Origin: a virus
Strand: one strand, 5' to 3'
Length of the DNA: 64,000 nt
IMG/VR virus record: IMGVR_UViG_3300021964_000021
Span: 1 to 64,000 of that record
In this document: in pieces, positions 48,575 to 58,910 of the stretch
Position numbering within the stretch: position 1 is the stretch's first letter
Layout: every line of letters starts with the position of its first letter
Notes under the pieces: model-generated
What the model saw: only the letters and a program-made list of their open reading frames with translations
Database searches by the model: none
What the model was told of the DNA's origin: nothing
Made by a program: the position numbers and the translations under genes

Positions 48575-48745
48575 ATGGAAAGAGAGAAGCTAAAGATACT
48601 CTTGGGTAGATTGAGGGGACTATTAGAAGAGATTGAGTCTGAAGTTTATTCTGATGTTGATTCATATACAGAAGGATTTTCCTCTCTCCCAATAGATGGG
48701 GACTATGATGAAATTTATAACGATGATGATGGGTACTGCGACTAA
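48575..48745 (+). CDS. Small acidic protein (56 aa, not in ORF track)
   Basis: MEREKLK...ESEVYSD...DDDGYCD. Confidence 0.6.
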   Translation: MEREKLKILLGRLRGLLEEIESEVYSDVDSYTEGFSSLPIDGDYDEIYNDDDGYCD

Positions 48746-49298
48746 TTGGTATCATAGATACCTTAACCTTCCCTTTACCATAGGTCCTCTTGACATGTTC
48801 AAAGAGGAAGGGAAACAGATTAAGCACTTTTATATCAATGATTACCCATTCTATCCAGTAGAAGAATGGTTCAATGATCTTGGACTTATCCTGGCATTGA
48901 AGGAAGTTTTTTATACTCCACCATATTCAAAGATTCCTATTCATACAGATCATGGGGGATATACCCATCATGCAAAGATCAATATCACTTGGGGTCCTGA
49001 GGAAGGCGTGATACAATGGTGGAAGTCTGATAAGACTTTTAGAAAAAAGATGCTTGGTTATGGCAATGCAACTTCGGAATTCCATGACAATCTATGGGCA
49101 AAGGAAGAGGATTGCGACTTCTTATACGAGGCAAACACAAACAAACCAAGTCTAGTAAACATCGGTATGCTTCATGGGACTAACAATCCTACAGATCGCG
49201 GACGATGGACTCTCTGTCTTGTCCCACAGAATCCAAGAGGACAATTTATTCACTGGAATACTGCACTAGAAATTTTTAATGATTATTTGGAGGTCTAA
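48729..49298 (+). CDS. Hypothetical protein, possible DSBH/cupin fold
   Basis: IPIHTD and LVNIGMLHGT.N...RWTL; start uncertain. Confidence 0.5.
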   Translation: MGTATNWYHRYLNLPFTIGPLDMFKEEGKQIKHFYINDYPFYPVEEWFNDLGLILALKEVFYTPPYSKIPIHTDHGGYTHHAKINITWGPEEGVIQWWKSDKTFRKKMLGYGNATSEFHDNLWAKEEDCDFLYEANTNKPSLVNIGMLHGTNNPTDRGRWTLCLVPQNPRGQFIHWNTALEIFNDYLEV

Positions 49299-49934
49299 AT
49301 GAGCGCAAAACTTATCAGTGTTACCCCTGATGCGGAGAAGCAGATTGCATACTGTGCCCGTGTTTCAAACCCAAAGAACCAGGACAACGATAGTTTTGCT
49401 GGACTCCTGAAGTATTGCATTAAGCATCGTCACTGGAGCATCTTTGAGCACGCATTCATGACGGTTGAACTAAATACCTCACTTGCAGTGGCAACTCAAG
49501 TGCTTCGGCATCGTTCGTTCACATATCAGCAGTTTTCACAACGCTATGCTGATAGTAAGGAACTTCAATTAGAAATTCCTATTCCAGATCTTCGTCGTCA
49601 GGATACAAAGAATCGTCAAAACTCTATTGATGATATCAATCCACGCGATAAAGCATACATGGAGGCGATGATTGCAGAACACTTCAAGCAAAGTCTTGAA
49701 GTTTATAATGCACTGCTTGACAAAGGTGTGGCAAAGGAGTGTGCTCGTTTTGTGCTTCCACAAAACACACAAACAAGACTCTACATGAGCGGTAATGTTC
49801 GCTCATGGGCGCATTACCTGGATCTGCGTACTGCAAACGGCACACAGAAGGAACACATGGAACTTGCTGAAGACATTCGTGCTATCTTCATTGAGCAGTT
49901 CCCAATCATCTCAGAAGCATTGGAGTGGAAGTAA
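49299..49934 (+). CDS. thyX: Flavin-dependent thymidylate synthase
   Basis: HWSIFE, RHRSFTYQQFSQRY, KECARFVLP. Confidence 0.96.
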   Translation: MSAKLISVTPDAEKQIAYCARVSNPKNQDNDSFAGLLKYCIKHRHWSIFEHAFMTVELNTSLAVATQVLRHRSFTYQQFSQRYADSKELQLEIPIPDLRRQDTKNRQNSIDDINPRDKAYMEAMIAEHFKQSLEVYNALLDKGVAKECARFVLPQNTQTRLYMSGNVRSWAHYLDLRTANGTQKEHMELAEDIRAIFIEQFPIISEALEWK

Positions 49935-50182
49935 TGGCAACATATCCTGTTAGGCATAAGGAGACTGGTGAAACCAAAGAAGTGAAGATGAGTATTCACG
50001 ATTGGGATCAGTGGAAGATTGATAACCCAGATTGGGAGCGTTACTTTACCGCTGAGAATTCTCCAGGTTTGGGTGTTGAGGTTAGTGATTGGCAGTCCCG
50101 ACTGATCAAACAGAGACCAGAATGGAATGAAGTTCTTGACAAAGCATCTAAGGCACCTGGATCTACAGTTAAGAAGCTTTAA
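49934..50182 (+). CDS. Conserved hypothetical protein
   Basis: MATYPVRHKETGE...WNEVL.K..KAPGS. Confidence 0.7.
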   Translation: MATYPVRHKETGETKEVKMSIHDWDQWKIDNPDWERYFTAENSPGLGVEVSDWQSRLIKQRPEWNEVLDKASKAPGSTVKKL

Positions 50183-50184
50183 TT

Positions 50185-51318
50185 ATGTTTATTCTTGGAG
50201 TTAACATCTCTCATCACCCATCAATCGCATTGGTTGAGGACGGTGAGTTGATCTACTACATGGAAGACGATCGCTATAATGGCATCAAAGAAGAGGAGTG
50301 GTTGCGTGGTAGTATGATGAGGTGTCTTATGGACATCGTTAGATATACACGTCACTTAGATCACATTACATTCTCTTCTTATGGGAAGATCAATGGAATT
50401 CATATCTATGATTATCCAGATGAGGACATCATCCAGGACGTAAAAACTAATCTTAGTAGATATGGTATTACATTTGGAGATGCTCATTATTACTGGGAGC
50501 ATCATCTATATCATGCTTGCAATGCATTTTATGCATCGGGTTTTGATGAAGCGGCAGCACTTGTTTTAGATGGTGGTGGTCATTATTTTAATGATTATAT
50601 TACCCTTAGAGAATCTGAATCCATGTATAAGTTCTCTGAAGGTCAAGTAGAACTCGTGAAGCAGGTTTACACACCACAAGGGGACTGTTTTAAAACTAAG
50701 TCTAAACCAGTTCTTGTAAATGATAAGTATGTCTTATCTCCAACTGCTAGTTGTGGATGGATATTCAATAGCATCATGCAGATTACTGGTATTAATAGTG
50801 CTGGTAAGTTGATGGGAATCTCACCTTATGGTGATGCCGACAAGGCATGTACTAAAGAGTGGTTTGTTTATGATGAAAGTACAGATACTTGGATTACAGA
50901 CAATCAAACTATATTAAATAGTTATAGGCGATGTTATGATGATCCAATATTAGATCCTGCGGAGTATTACAACCCAGAATTTAATTTTGATCTCATTGCA
51001 AACTTAACTAAAAAAGCACAGAATGAAACTAGGAAGCACACAATTCGTCTTATTCGATCCCTTCTTAAGAAAGTCGAAACGAAAAACGTAGTGCTCTCTG
51101 GTGGATATTTTTTAAACTGTGTTAATAACTATGAGTACGCCAAAGAATTCCCTCACATAAACTTTTACATCGACCCTATTGCACATGATGGGGGAACAGC
51201 TGCTGGTGCTGCGATGTATTTGTGGCACCATGTACTAAATACAAGTCAACCTACCCAAGATTTATCCGTATGGCAAGAAAGAGAAAGTCTGACCTACAAC
51301 CAATCGGTGTTGGCATGA
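50185..51318 (+). CDS. Carbamoyltransferase N-terminal (Kae1-like) domain only
   Basis: HHLYHA, AGKLMG, SGGYFLNC, DGGTAAG present; RALGNRS/NTSFN domain absent. Confidence 0.8.
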   Translation: MFILGVNISHHPSIALVEDGELIYYMEDDRYNGIKEEEWLRGSMMRCLMDIVRYTRHLDHITFSSYGKINGIHIYDYPDEDIIQDVKTNLSRYGITFGDAHYYWEHHLYHACNAFYASGFDEAAALVLDGGGHYFNDYITLRESESMYKFSEGQVELVKQVYTPQGDCFKTKSKPVLVNDKYVLSPTASCGWIFNSIMQITGINSAGKLMGISPYGDADKACTKEWFVYDESTDTWITDNQTILNSYRRCYDDPILDPAEYYNPEFNFDLIANLTKKAQNETRKHTIRLIRSLLKKVETKNVVLSGGYFLNCVNNYEYAKEFPHINFYIDPIAHDGGTAAGAAMYLWHHVLNTSQPTQDLSVWQERESLTYNQSVLA

Positions 51319-52025
51319 CCGCCAAACAAATGAAGAGGCGTAAACCAATCAACTCCGAATTCCTTTTGGAGATTGATCCCCTTACAGACAATCAATCAAA
51401 ACTGTATGATTCTTTTGACGATGATAAAAACATCGTCGCTTATGGCGCAGCAGGAACAGGTAAGACTTTCATTACATTTTATAATGCTCTTAGAGATGTT
51501 CTTGATGAGCACACACCATACGAGAAGATCTACATTGTCCGCTCTCTGGTAGCAACTAGAGAAATTGGATTCCTGCCTGGAACTCATGAGGATAAGGCGG
51601 ACATCTATCAGATCCCTTATAAGAACATGGTTAAGTACATGTTCCAGATGGCAACTGATGCTGATTTTGAGATGCTCTATGGTAACTTGAAGACTCAGGG
51701 TACTGTAAGCTTCTGGTCTACTTCATTCCTCAGAGGGACTACACTTGATAAAGCAATTATTATCGTTGATGAATTCCAAAACTTGAATTTTCATGAACTT
51801 GATAGTATAATTACAAGGGCAGGTGATAACACTAAGATTTGTTTCTGTGGTGATGCAACTCAGACTGACTTGCAAAAAACCAATGAGAGAAATGGTATCA
51901 TCGACTTCATGAAGATTCTTAGGGTAATGCCATCGTTTGACATCATTGAGTTTGGTCTTGATGATATTGTTCGTTCTGGTCTCTGTAAGGAATATCTTTT
52001 TGCAAAACACGAATTAGGTTATTGA
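51270..52025 (+). CDS. phoH: PhoH-family ATPase
   Basis: GAAGTGKT, GFLPG, RGTT, IIVDEFQN, CGD..QTDL. Confidence 0.95.
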   Translation: MARKRKSDLQPIGVGMTAKQMKRRKPINSEFLLEIDPLTDNQSKLYDSFDDDKNIVAYGAAGTGKTFITFYNALRDVLDEHTPYEKIYIVRSLVATREIGFLPGTHEDKADIYQIPYKNMVKYMFQMATDADFEMLYGNLKTQGTVSFWSTSFLRGTTLDKAIIIVDEFQNLNFHELDSIITRAGDNTKICFCGDATQTDLQKTNERNGIIDFMKILRVMPSFDIIEFGLDDIVRSGLCKEYLFAKHELGY

Positions 52026-52702
52026 TGTTTAATCATGTTGATCTGGATCTCCCTGCCCTTAGCAGGGAGACTATTGATGGAGTCCGTTATTATCAAGTGC
52101 CAGATGCCGATGAGTTACTGAAACTAGTATCCATTACTTCTGTCACTAGTCACAAGAACCGTGCCTTCTTTGCTAAGTGGCGTAAGAAGGTTGGCGAAGA
52201 GACTGCGGATCGAATTACTAGACAAGCAACTAGTCGTGGTACAGACATGCACACTCTTACTGAGTGTTATCTAAAAAATGAAGGTCTACCTGAAGTTCAA
52301 CCACTATCAGACTATCTTTTTAAGATTGCTAAACCAGAATTAAACAAGATTGACAATATTCATGCTTTAGAAAGTTCTCTATATAGTAAGGTTCTTGGTG
52401 TAGCTGGAACCGTAGATTGTATTGCCGAATTCGATGGCGAATTGGCAATTATTGACTTTAAGACCTCAAAAAAACCAAAACCAGTAGAGTGGATTGAACA
52501 TTATTTTGTTCAGTGTATGGCGTATGGGTGTATGCTCTATGAGCTCACTGGTATATCAGTAAAAAAACTTGTCATTATTATGGCATGTGAAAATGGAGAA
52601 TGTGTTGTTTATGAAGAGCGCGACAAAACCAAATACATTAAGCTACTCCAAGAGTACATTAGAGAATTTCTTAACTACAAACTGGAGACCTATGCCCAGT
52701 AA
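52025..52702 (+). CDS. PD-(D/E)xK exonuclease of T4-like cyanophages
   Basis: SITSV, RGTDMH, AGTVDCI, IIDFKTS. Confidence 0.85.
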   Translation: MFNHVDLDLPALSRETIDGVRYYQVPDADELLKLVSITSVTSHKNRAFFAKWRKKVGEETADRITRQATSRGTDMHTLTECYLKNEGLPEVQPLSDYLFKIAKPELNKIDNIHALESSLYSKVLGVAGTVDCIAEFDGELAIIDFKTSKKPKPVEWIEHYFVQCMAYGCMLYELTGISVKKLVIIMACENGECVVYEERDKTKYIKLLQEYIREFLNYKLETYAQ

Positions 52703-52961
52703 AAATGAAGACGAATTTGAAAAGGTACTGGAGAAAAAGTTTTTTTGTCCCACTAAGTTTGCTCAAGAGATTGAATACTTAGTGAGAGACAATGTGGATA
52801 TGAATTATATTGATGCTATCATTTACTTTTGTGAGTGTAATAGCATTGATCTAGAGTCAGTCCCTAAACTAATCTCTAAACCTTTGAAGGAGAAGATTAA
52901 GTATGATGCAATGGAGTTGAACTTCCTCAAGAGGACCTCCAGAGCAAAATTGATCTTTTAA
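52692..52961 (+). CDS. Late transcription coactivator gp33
   Basis: YIDAI..FCE....E...KLIS..LKEKI..DA..LNFL; position before gp59. Confidence 0.85.
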   Translation: MPSKNEDEFEKVLEKKFFCPTKFAQEIEYLVRDNVDMNYIDAIIYFCECNSIDLESVPKLISKPLKEKIKYDAMELNFLKRTSRAKLIF

Positions 52962-53021
52962 TTCAGAAAAAGTCGGAAAATTTATCGCGGGGAAAATTTC
53001 GTGAAAACCCTTTTTGTTAAA

Positions 53022-53609
53022 ATGACTCCCTTTGACGTGTATAAAACTTATCTGGGATTGAAGAATCACTTCACAAAAGATAAATACGACTACCACAGAT
53101 ATAACGGTAAAACTCGTGCCTCTCTACAGTCCTTCTATAAGAGGAAGGATCGTTATTGGTTTGAGAAGATGAGTCGCCAAAAGAACGATCAAGAAGTCGT
53201 TAACTTTTTTGTATCTAATTTTGTTGAATCTACGGATGCTAGTGCTATGTGGATTGGGCAACTTATCCGTGAAGGGGAATCAACGTATAATTCGTGGAAG
53301 AAGCGGAATGAGTCTTTAAGTTATATTTTTAAAAACGAGTCTACTGACTTGTTTAGTGAATATGATGTTGAGGATGTTTTTGATTGTAAGTCGGGTCACC
53401 CACCCCTTCTCAAAAAACATCTAAGTGGTGATATTTGCATCGAGACGTTAGTAATATATAATCGTATTTTTCAGTTCAGTAAGGATTTTGACAAAAAACT
53501 GCAGGATCCTATTTGGGAGCAAGTTTCCAAAAATATTAAGAAGTATGATTCCTTCCTAAATATTGATATCTTTAAATTCAGGAAAATTTTAAAGGAGTGC
53601 GTTTTATGA
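53022..53609 (+). CDS. Helicase loader gp59
   Basis: YLGLKNHF....YDY..YNGK, F.KRKDRYWF. Confidence 0.88.
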   Translation: MTPFDVYKTYLGLKNHFTKDKYDYHRYNGKTRASLQSFYKRKDRYWFEKMSRQKNDQEVVNFFVSNFVESTDASAMWIGQLIREGESTYNSWKKRNESLSYIFKNESTDLFSEYDVEDVFDCKSGHPPLLKKHLSGDICIETLVIYNRIFQFSKDFDKKLQDPIWEQVSKNIKKYDSFLNIDIFKFRKILKECVL

Positions 53610-53944
53610 CATTTTTTGACTCAGATGTTGTGCGGGCAGAAATTGTCCATATTAACGATCTCCAAGAAAAACTGTATAAAAACATGTTCAGTTTTTATCA
53701 GATGAATAAAGATGATAAATTGGCACACGTTGACCTCTTGTCACAACTGATTGACAAGCAAAAAGTCCTCTATGCTAGATTGTCTCTGTCTGACGATCCT
53801 GAGGCACAGAAAATGAAGGCAAATATCGTAAAATCTGCTGCTATGCTGGGTATGCCAGAGAACGTTGACATGAATGTGATCTTCAGTAACATGGAGAAAC
53901 TGGTTGGTCACATGAAGGAGCAGGTCGAAGAAAAAGAAGTTTGA
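53606..53944 (+). CDS. DUF1825-like protein
   Basis: FFDSDVV...RLSLSDDPEA. Confidence 0.7.
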   Translation: MTFFDSDVVRAEIVHINDLQEKLYKNMFSFYQMNKDDKLAHVDLLSQLIDKQKVLYARLSLSDDPEAQKMKANIVKSAAMLGMPENVDMNVIFSNMEKLVGHMKEQVEEKEV

Positions 53945-53969
53945 CAACTAAGGGCACTTGCACTATTAT
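53941..53969 (+). promoter_or_regulatory. Sigma70-like promoter for gp32
   Basis: TTGACA-17 nt-TATTAT. Confidence 0.75.
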
Positions 53970-54040
53970 AGGTCCGTACTCGCCGCAAGTGCCCTATCGG
54001 GTACACACAAGCCGAATACAAACAAATCCGAGGTAATCCA

Positions 54041-55024
54041 ATGTCTTTCGCAAATCTTAAGAAGCAATCCTCTCTTGGTTCTTTGACTCAGAAGTTGGTC
54101 AAAGAAGTTGAGAAGATGAATAGCAATTCCAGCGGCGGTGATGATCGTCTTTGGAAGCCCGAAATGGATAAAACGGGCAACGGTTATGCCGTTATTCGAT
54201 TCCTCCCCGCTCCCGATGGAGAAGATCTTCCCTGGGTGAAGATGTACTCTCACGGATTCCAAGGTCCTGGCGGTTGGTACATTGAGAACTCTCTGACTAC
54301 TATTGGTCAGAAAGATCCTGTGTCTGAGTACAACCGTACCCTGTGGAACAGTGGTAATGATAAGGATAAGGAGATTGTTCGCAAGCAAAAGCGTAAACTC
54401 TCTTACTATGCGAACATCTATGTTGTAAAGGATCCTGCCAATCCTGCAAATGATGGCAACGTCTTCCTCTTCAAATTTGGTAAGAAGATCTTTGACAAGA
54501 TCATGGCAGCAATGCAACCTGAGTTTGAAGATGAGACTCCTATCAACCCCTTTGACTTCTGGCAAGGTGCGAACTTCAAACTGAAGATTCGCAAGGTTGA
54601 TGGTTATTGGAACTATGATAAGTCTGAGTTTGATTCTCCTTCAGCACTGCTGGACGATGATGATGCTCTGGAAGCACTCTGGAAGACGCAGCACTCTCTT
54701 GCTGCAATGACTGCTGCTGATCAGTTCAAGACCTATGAGCAACTCCAGACCCGTCTGGACTACGTTCTTGGTCGTAAAGGCACTCCTCGTCTTCAAAACC
54801 TGGATGAAGAGGTCTCTGATGAAGACAACATGCGTGGTAACTTCGCTCCTAGTTTTGGCAATCGCCAACAGGAGTCTGAACTTCCCTCAAATCTGAAGCA
54901 AGAGCTTGACAATCTTGGTACTAGTTCTGACTTCAACGCACCTGACATCACTCCTAAAGCATCTTCTGATGATGATGGTGATGATGATGCACTGTCCTAC
55001 TTCCAACGTCTCGCTGAGAGTTGA
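54041..55024 (+). CDS. Single-stranded DNA-binding protein gp32
   Basis: NGYAVIRFLP, GWYIEN, FGKKIFDKI, NYDKSEF, acidic tail. Confidence 0.95.
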   Translation: MSFANLKKQSSLGSLTQKLVKEVEKMNSNSSGGDDRLWKPEMDKTGNGYAVIRFLPAPDGEDLPWVKMYSHGFQGPGGWYIENSLTTIGQKDPVSEYNRTLWNSGNDKDKEIVRKQKRKLSYYANIYVVKDPANPANDGNVFLFKFGKKIFDKIMAAMQPEFEDETPINPFDFWQGANFKLKIRKVDGYWNYDKSEFDSPSALLDDDDALEALWKTQHSLAAMTAADQFKTYEQLQTRLDYVLGRKGTPRLQNLDEEVSDEDNMRGNFAPSFGNRQQESELPSNLKQELDNLGTSSDFNAPDITPKASSDDDGDDDALSYFQRLAES

Positions 55025-55107
55025 TTATGGGTGATGAGGTGGACCTATGAGAGAGCCTGTTTGACTCTTCTGGTTATTGCTACTTATTATAATCTAATCA
55101 AGAACCA

Positions 55108-57489
55108 TTAGTTGTATAATCTAGGGTTATCACCCTTCTTAAGGGATCTGGAGACATAACCTCCAGATCCTTTTTTATATGGCATGATATCTTCTAAGTC
55201 ATTGAATAGCATACCAAGATACTCTTTTTTAAGAACATATATTTGTCTTTTTTCGCTTTCTTTTTTATCTTCGTACTGATAATTTGTTATAGGTACAGAA
55301 GATAATCTGCCATTAATTTCAGTCAATTCATCTGCTACTTCATCAAAGTAGACAGTCCCGAATGTTATTCTTCTTCTCCAATTGAATCCATCAAACTTCC
55401 ATTCTTGACCATTTCTCTCATATACTTCATCTACTTGTGGTGTATATGTTGGTCCTGGTTTACTGAAGAAGAGTTCTGGCATTGAATTATAACCTCTTCC
55501 AGGATTTGTCAATGTAATTTCTTTTACTCCTCCATTCTCTGTTTTTAAGACTGCTTCGGCAGTAATTGGAGGTAATGGATTTTCTACAGTTGCAATTGGT
55601 GCAGTTCTATAATTGTATCCACGGTCTTGTATTACAACCTGGTTTACGGAACCATTGACAATCGTAACATAACCCTTTGCAGTTCTATGTGGGATTGGTG
55701 GTTGAATTACTATCGATGGTAGTGGTGCGGTTGTATATCCAGATCCAGGTTTTGTGACTGTAATATCAACAATTGTCTCTGCTCTAGTTCCGACACCCAC
55801 AGTTGCAGTTGCTTTTGCAGTAACATCAGTATCATATGTGTAGATTCTTCTGTTAATTGAACCACCAATGAAGAATAAAGTTTCAAAGGGATTTGTAAAT
55901 ACATCTAATGGTGTTGAATCTCCACTAGCAGCTTGAACGTTTAATACGCCAAGTAAAGATAGTGCAGAAAGATCCCAAGCAGTACCTAATGTAATTACGA
56001 ACGTTGAGTTGTTATCCGTACCACTAACATACATTTTTGTGCCATCATCTTTAAAAGAGAAACCACGAATTGATGATTCTGTTGGTTGGCATATTACGGA
56101 TATATTTGCTGTTTGTACTGGAAGTGGGAAGATGGAAGTTATATCCCAAGGAACAGTACATTCATATTTTTTGATTGTGTCTGGATCTTGAGTATCAAGA
56201 ACAAACATATGATCGCCATTATCTTGGAATCTAACTCCTGCCAGCGCAGGGAAGCTAACGTTACCTGCCAATGTTGCTGTGAGTACATCCCATGGAGTAC
56301 TTAAGTCATACTGAGCAATTTTATTACCAGAATTGGTTAGACCACTAACATACATCCTTGTGCCATCTGGTTTAAATTCAACGCCAGTAGCATATGTGAA
56401 GTTAAGACCACCAGTATTTAAGGTAAGTACATTTACTTGAGAGGCAGTATTTGGATCGTAACCACTGCTCATCTCATATTGTTCAATCGTTCCTTGAGTA
56501 TAAGAATTTGCACCATGAGCAGTGTAGAAGTAAGTACCTGCAGGATCCATGTACCAACCTTCAAAACCACCATCAACAGTTACGCTACCGTTATTAACAA
56601 AAACAGCACTCTCAATGACATTTGGTGGGGGTGGGAAGGTAACTATAGGCGTGAATGTATATCCATCACCTGCAGATGTAATGCCAACACTTTGAATTGT
56701 TCCACCAGCACCGATCACTGCTTCAAGAACTGCAGGAACCGTTGGAGGAGGCTCACTGAATGTTAACAATGGTTGGAATGTATAACCAGTTCCTGCATCA
56801 ACGACAGTTATAGTTCCAATCTCTCTATCATCTGGTGGGACATTGAGTGTAGTGGTAATTGTTGCTAATCTTGGATTTGGTGGATCTGCAAATGTCACCT
56901 CTGCAAATGCTGTATATCCTGTTCCTGGATTAGTAACTGTTACTGTCTTAACTTCACCACTAACTGGATCATATGTACCTGTTCCTGTTGCAAAATCTCC
57001 AGGAATTTCTGATGGTAAAATTACACTTGTGTCTAACTCAATCTCATATTCTGGTGCATTGAAGAATCCTTCATTGACTTCAACACCACCTTCTAAGATT
57101 ACATATCCATTTCTGGATTTAGTTTGAATGGTTTCATAATGATGAATACCATTATATAATGTATTATAATCCCCATACTTTTCTATAAGGTGCTTATCAA
57201 AAGAATATTGTGTTTTTGGCCATTCTTCATATACATTATGAACATTATTTGATAAGAGAACCACCCAATCTAAAGAAGAATCTCCATACAACTTATCAGC
57301 AACCTGATCTGGTCGTTCATCACCAACGATAGTATACTTATTGAAGTAACTTATGCTTTGAAATATATCTTCTCTTATTTTGGCACGCTTAAATAAGTTC
57401 TTTGTGACTGTGTAGTCATTCAAAGAATTATTCTCAAGATCTCTTGAGATATATGCAATGCTTGGAACGTGGGTAAAGTAATTTGCCAT
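55108..57489 (-). CDS. Baseplate wedge gp53 with large internal insertion
   Basis: N-terminal ERPDQVA..LYGDS..DWVVLL.N and C-terminal TNYQYE....EKRQI.VLK flank about 570 aa of extra repeats. Confidence 0.8.
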   Translation of the reverse strand: MANYFTHVPSIAYISRDLENNSLNDYTVTKNLFKRAKIREDIFQSISYFNKYTIVGDERPDQVADKLYGDSSLDWVVLLSNNVHNVYEEWPKTQYSFDKHLIEKYGDYNTLYNGIHHYETIQTKSRNGYVILEGGVEVNEGFFNAPEYEIELDTSVILPSEIPGDFATGTGTYDPVSGEVKTVTVTNPGTGYTAFAEVTFADPPNPRLATITTTLNVPPDDREIGTITVVDAGTGYTFQPLLTFSEPPPTVPAVLEAVIGAGGTIQSVGITSAGDGYTFTPIVTFPPPPNVIESAVFVNNGSVTVDGGFEGWYMDPAGTYFYTAHGANSYTQGTIEQYEMSSGYDPNTASQVNVLTLNTGGLNFTYATGVEFKPDGTRMYVSGLTNSGNKIAQYDLSTPWDVLTATLAGNVSFPALAGVRFQDNGDHMFVLDTQDPDTIKKYECTVPWDITSIFPLPVQTANISVICQPTESSIRGFSFKDDGTKMYVSGTDNNSTFVITLGTAWDLSALSLLGVLNVQAASGDSTPLDVFTNPFETLFFIGGSINRRIYTYDTDVTAKATATVGVGTRAETIVDITVTKPGSGYTTAPLPSIVIQPPIPHRTAKGYVTIVNGSVNQVVIQDRGYNYRTAPIATVENPLPPITAEAVLKTENGGVKEITLTNPGRGYNSMPELFFSKPGPTYTPQVDEVYERNGQEWKFDGFNWRRRITFGTVYFDEVADELTEINGRLSSVPITNYQYEDKKESEKRQIYVLKKEYLGMLFNDLEDIMPYKKGSGGYVSRSLKKGDNPRLYN

Positions 57490-57492
57490 TTA

Positions 57493-58905
57493 TCAGTATC
57501 CGATTGGGTGTTCAGCGTTAGTTCCTTCGTTATAATCTTTAGCATATATTGGAACGAGTTCCATGAATTGCAGTTGTAAATCATATGAGAACATGGAACC
57601 GTCGTCATATCTCATATACGTTCCATCTGGCGTATAGTCTACGGTACATGCTTGTAAAGCACAGTCCTTAATAAGATTTATACCAGAGTGCTGTTGACCA
57701 CCCTTAAAGTATTCAATTCTGAAAATATTTGGTGCTTTTAAGAATAAGTTTGCATCACTAGTTTTTGGTGCCATGTGGAATTTGAAGAATTTGATGATAC
57801 TCTTCACTATGGCTGCTTCTGTTGATGATCTTGGAGTTAACTTAAAGTTAAAAGAAAATGCTCTTAACTGAGGACCTTGGAACAGAAGTTCTGTATTTGG
57901 GTTGAGGATTGCCCTCTCAGTTCTTCCTATAACATTAGATCCCACTGCTTGACCTGCCATTGCAGTCTTAATGGCAGTCTTTGCTGGACCAGAATTGCTA
58001 CTTAAAGTTCTAGCTTGATCAAGAAGGGTATTTACAGCAGCACTAACACCCTTTCCAATAAATTCTGTTGCAATCTCCGCTCCAGCAGCTTGTAAGACGT
58101 TCATAGTGTCTTCATTCCATCCAACTGCATTGGAATCTTGAATGCCACCTTGAATTGGAAGTTGTACGCTTTGCCCAAGTGATGTTCCACTTTGATATGA
58201 TGTACCAAAGGAACCACCTGAAGTGTTTAGTGTTCCTGGCAAGTATTTTAGTGCGGTAAATTTCATATAATCGGATTCATTACCTATTGCACCTTCTGGA
58301 TAAACTAAATCACTTTTTCCTGCGGCAAAACTTTTTACTGTCTCTTGATTTGCTGCTGAACTTACAGTGAGTCCGTTTAAAGATCCATCACCAGTAACAG
58401 GTTCTGTTTCTCCATCTCCACCACTTGGGTTTTCTGGATTGTCTGGCGGTATTGGCGTCTCTGGTTTTTCACCTTTTGCTTCTGCAACTTGTGCTGGCGT
58501 AAATGTTCCGTCTCTAGACGTTTGTTTTAAAGCACTTTTTACTGTATAGTCTACAACGTTCTCAAAAGTTGCTTGAGCGGTGTCCTCTTGCAATCTTTTT
58601 ACTAAACTCTCATTAAGATTACCTGATGCATATTCGGTAGGAAGGAATGTACCATCAGGTCCTTTAACTGCTATTGCCTTATCTGGATCTATTCTTTGTA
58701 GAGCTCCAATAATATAAGTTCTTTCGTATATTGTTTGTTTTTTTGTTACTGGGTCAATTACAACTGAATAGTTTATCTCCTTACCGTCTGATGACGAAAG
58801 TTTATGTGGTGGGGAAGTGTGAACTGTATTTTGGCCCTCATTAGAATTATATGTACCAAAAATAAACGTTGAATTTGCAGATTCAACTTTTGCTGGTGTT
58901 GGCAT
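57493..58905 (-). CDS. Baseplate tail-tube cap gp48-like
   Basis: NPNTELLF.GP.LR.F.F.FKL.PRS..EA, CAL....VDYTP. Confidence 0.8.
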   Translation of the reverse strand: MPTPAKVESANSTFIFGTYNSNEGQNTVHTSPPHKLSSSDGKEINYSVVIDPVTKKQTIYERTYIIGALQRIDPDKAIAVKGPDGTFLPTEYASGNLNESLVKRLQEDTAQATFENVVDYTVKSALKQTSRDGTFTPAQVAEAKGEKPETPIPPDNPENPSGGDGETEPVTGDGSLNGLTVSSAANQETVKSFAAGKSDLVYPEGAIGNESDYMKFTALKYLPGTLNTSGGSFGTSYQSGTSLGQSVQLPIQGGIQDSNAVGWNEDTMNVLQAAGAEIATEFIGKGVSAAVNTLLDQARTLSSNSGPAKTAIKTAMAGQAVGSNVIGRTERAILNPNTELLFQGPQLRAFSFNFKLTPRSSTEAAIVKSIIKFFKFHMAPKTSDANLFLKAPNIFRIEYFKGGQQHSGINLIKDCALQACTVDYTPDGTYMRYDDGSMFSYDLQLQFMELVPIYAKDYNEGTNAEHPIGY

Positions 58906-58910
58906 GTTAA

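Noticed and set aside
52025-52702. Cas4/CRISPR association
   Set aside because: Ordinary core exonuclease between phoH and gp33; no repeat-spacer array seen.
55034-55111. 25-aa ORF MRWTYERACLTLLVIATYYNLIKNH after gp32
   Set aside because: Plausible but too short to support without homologues.
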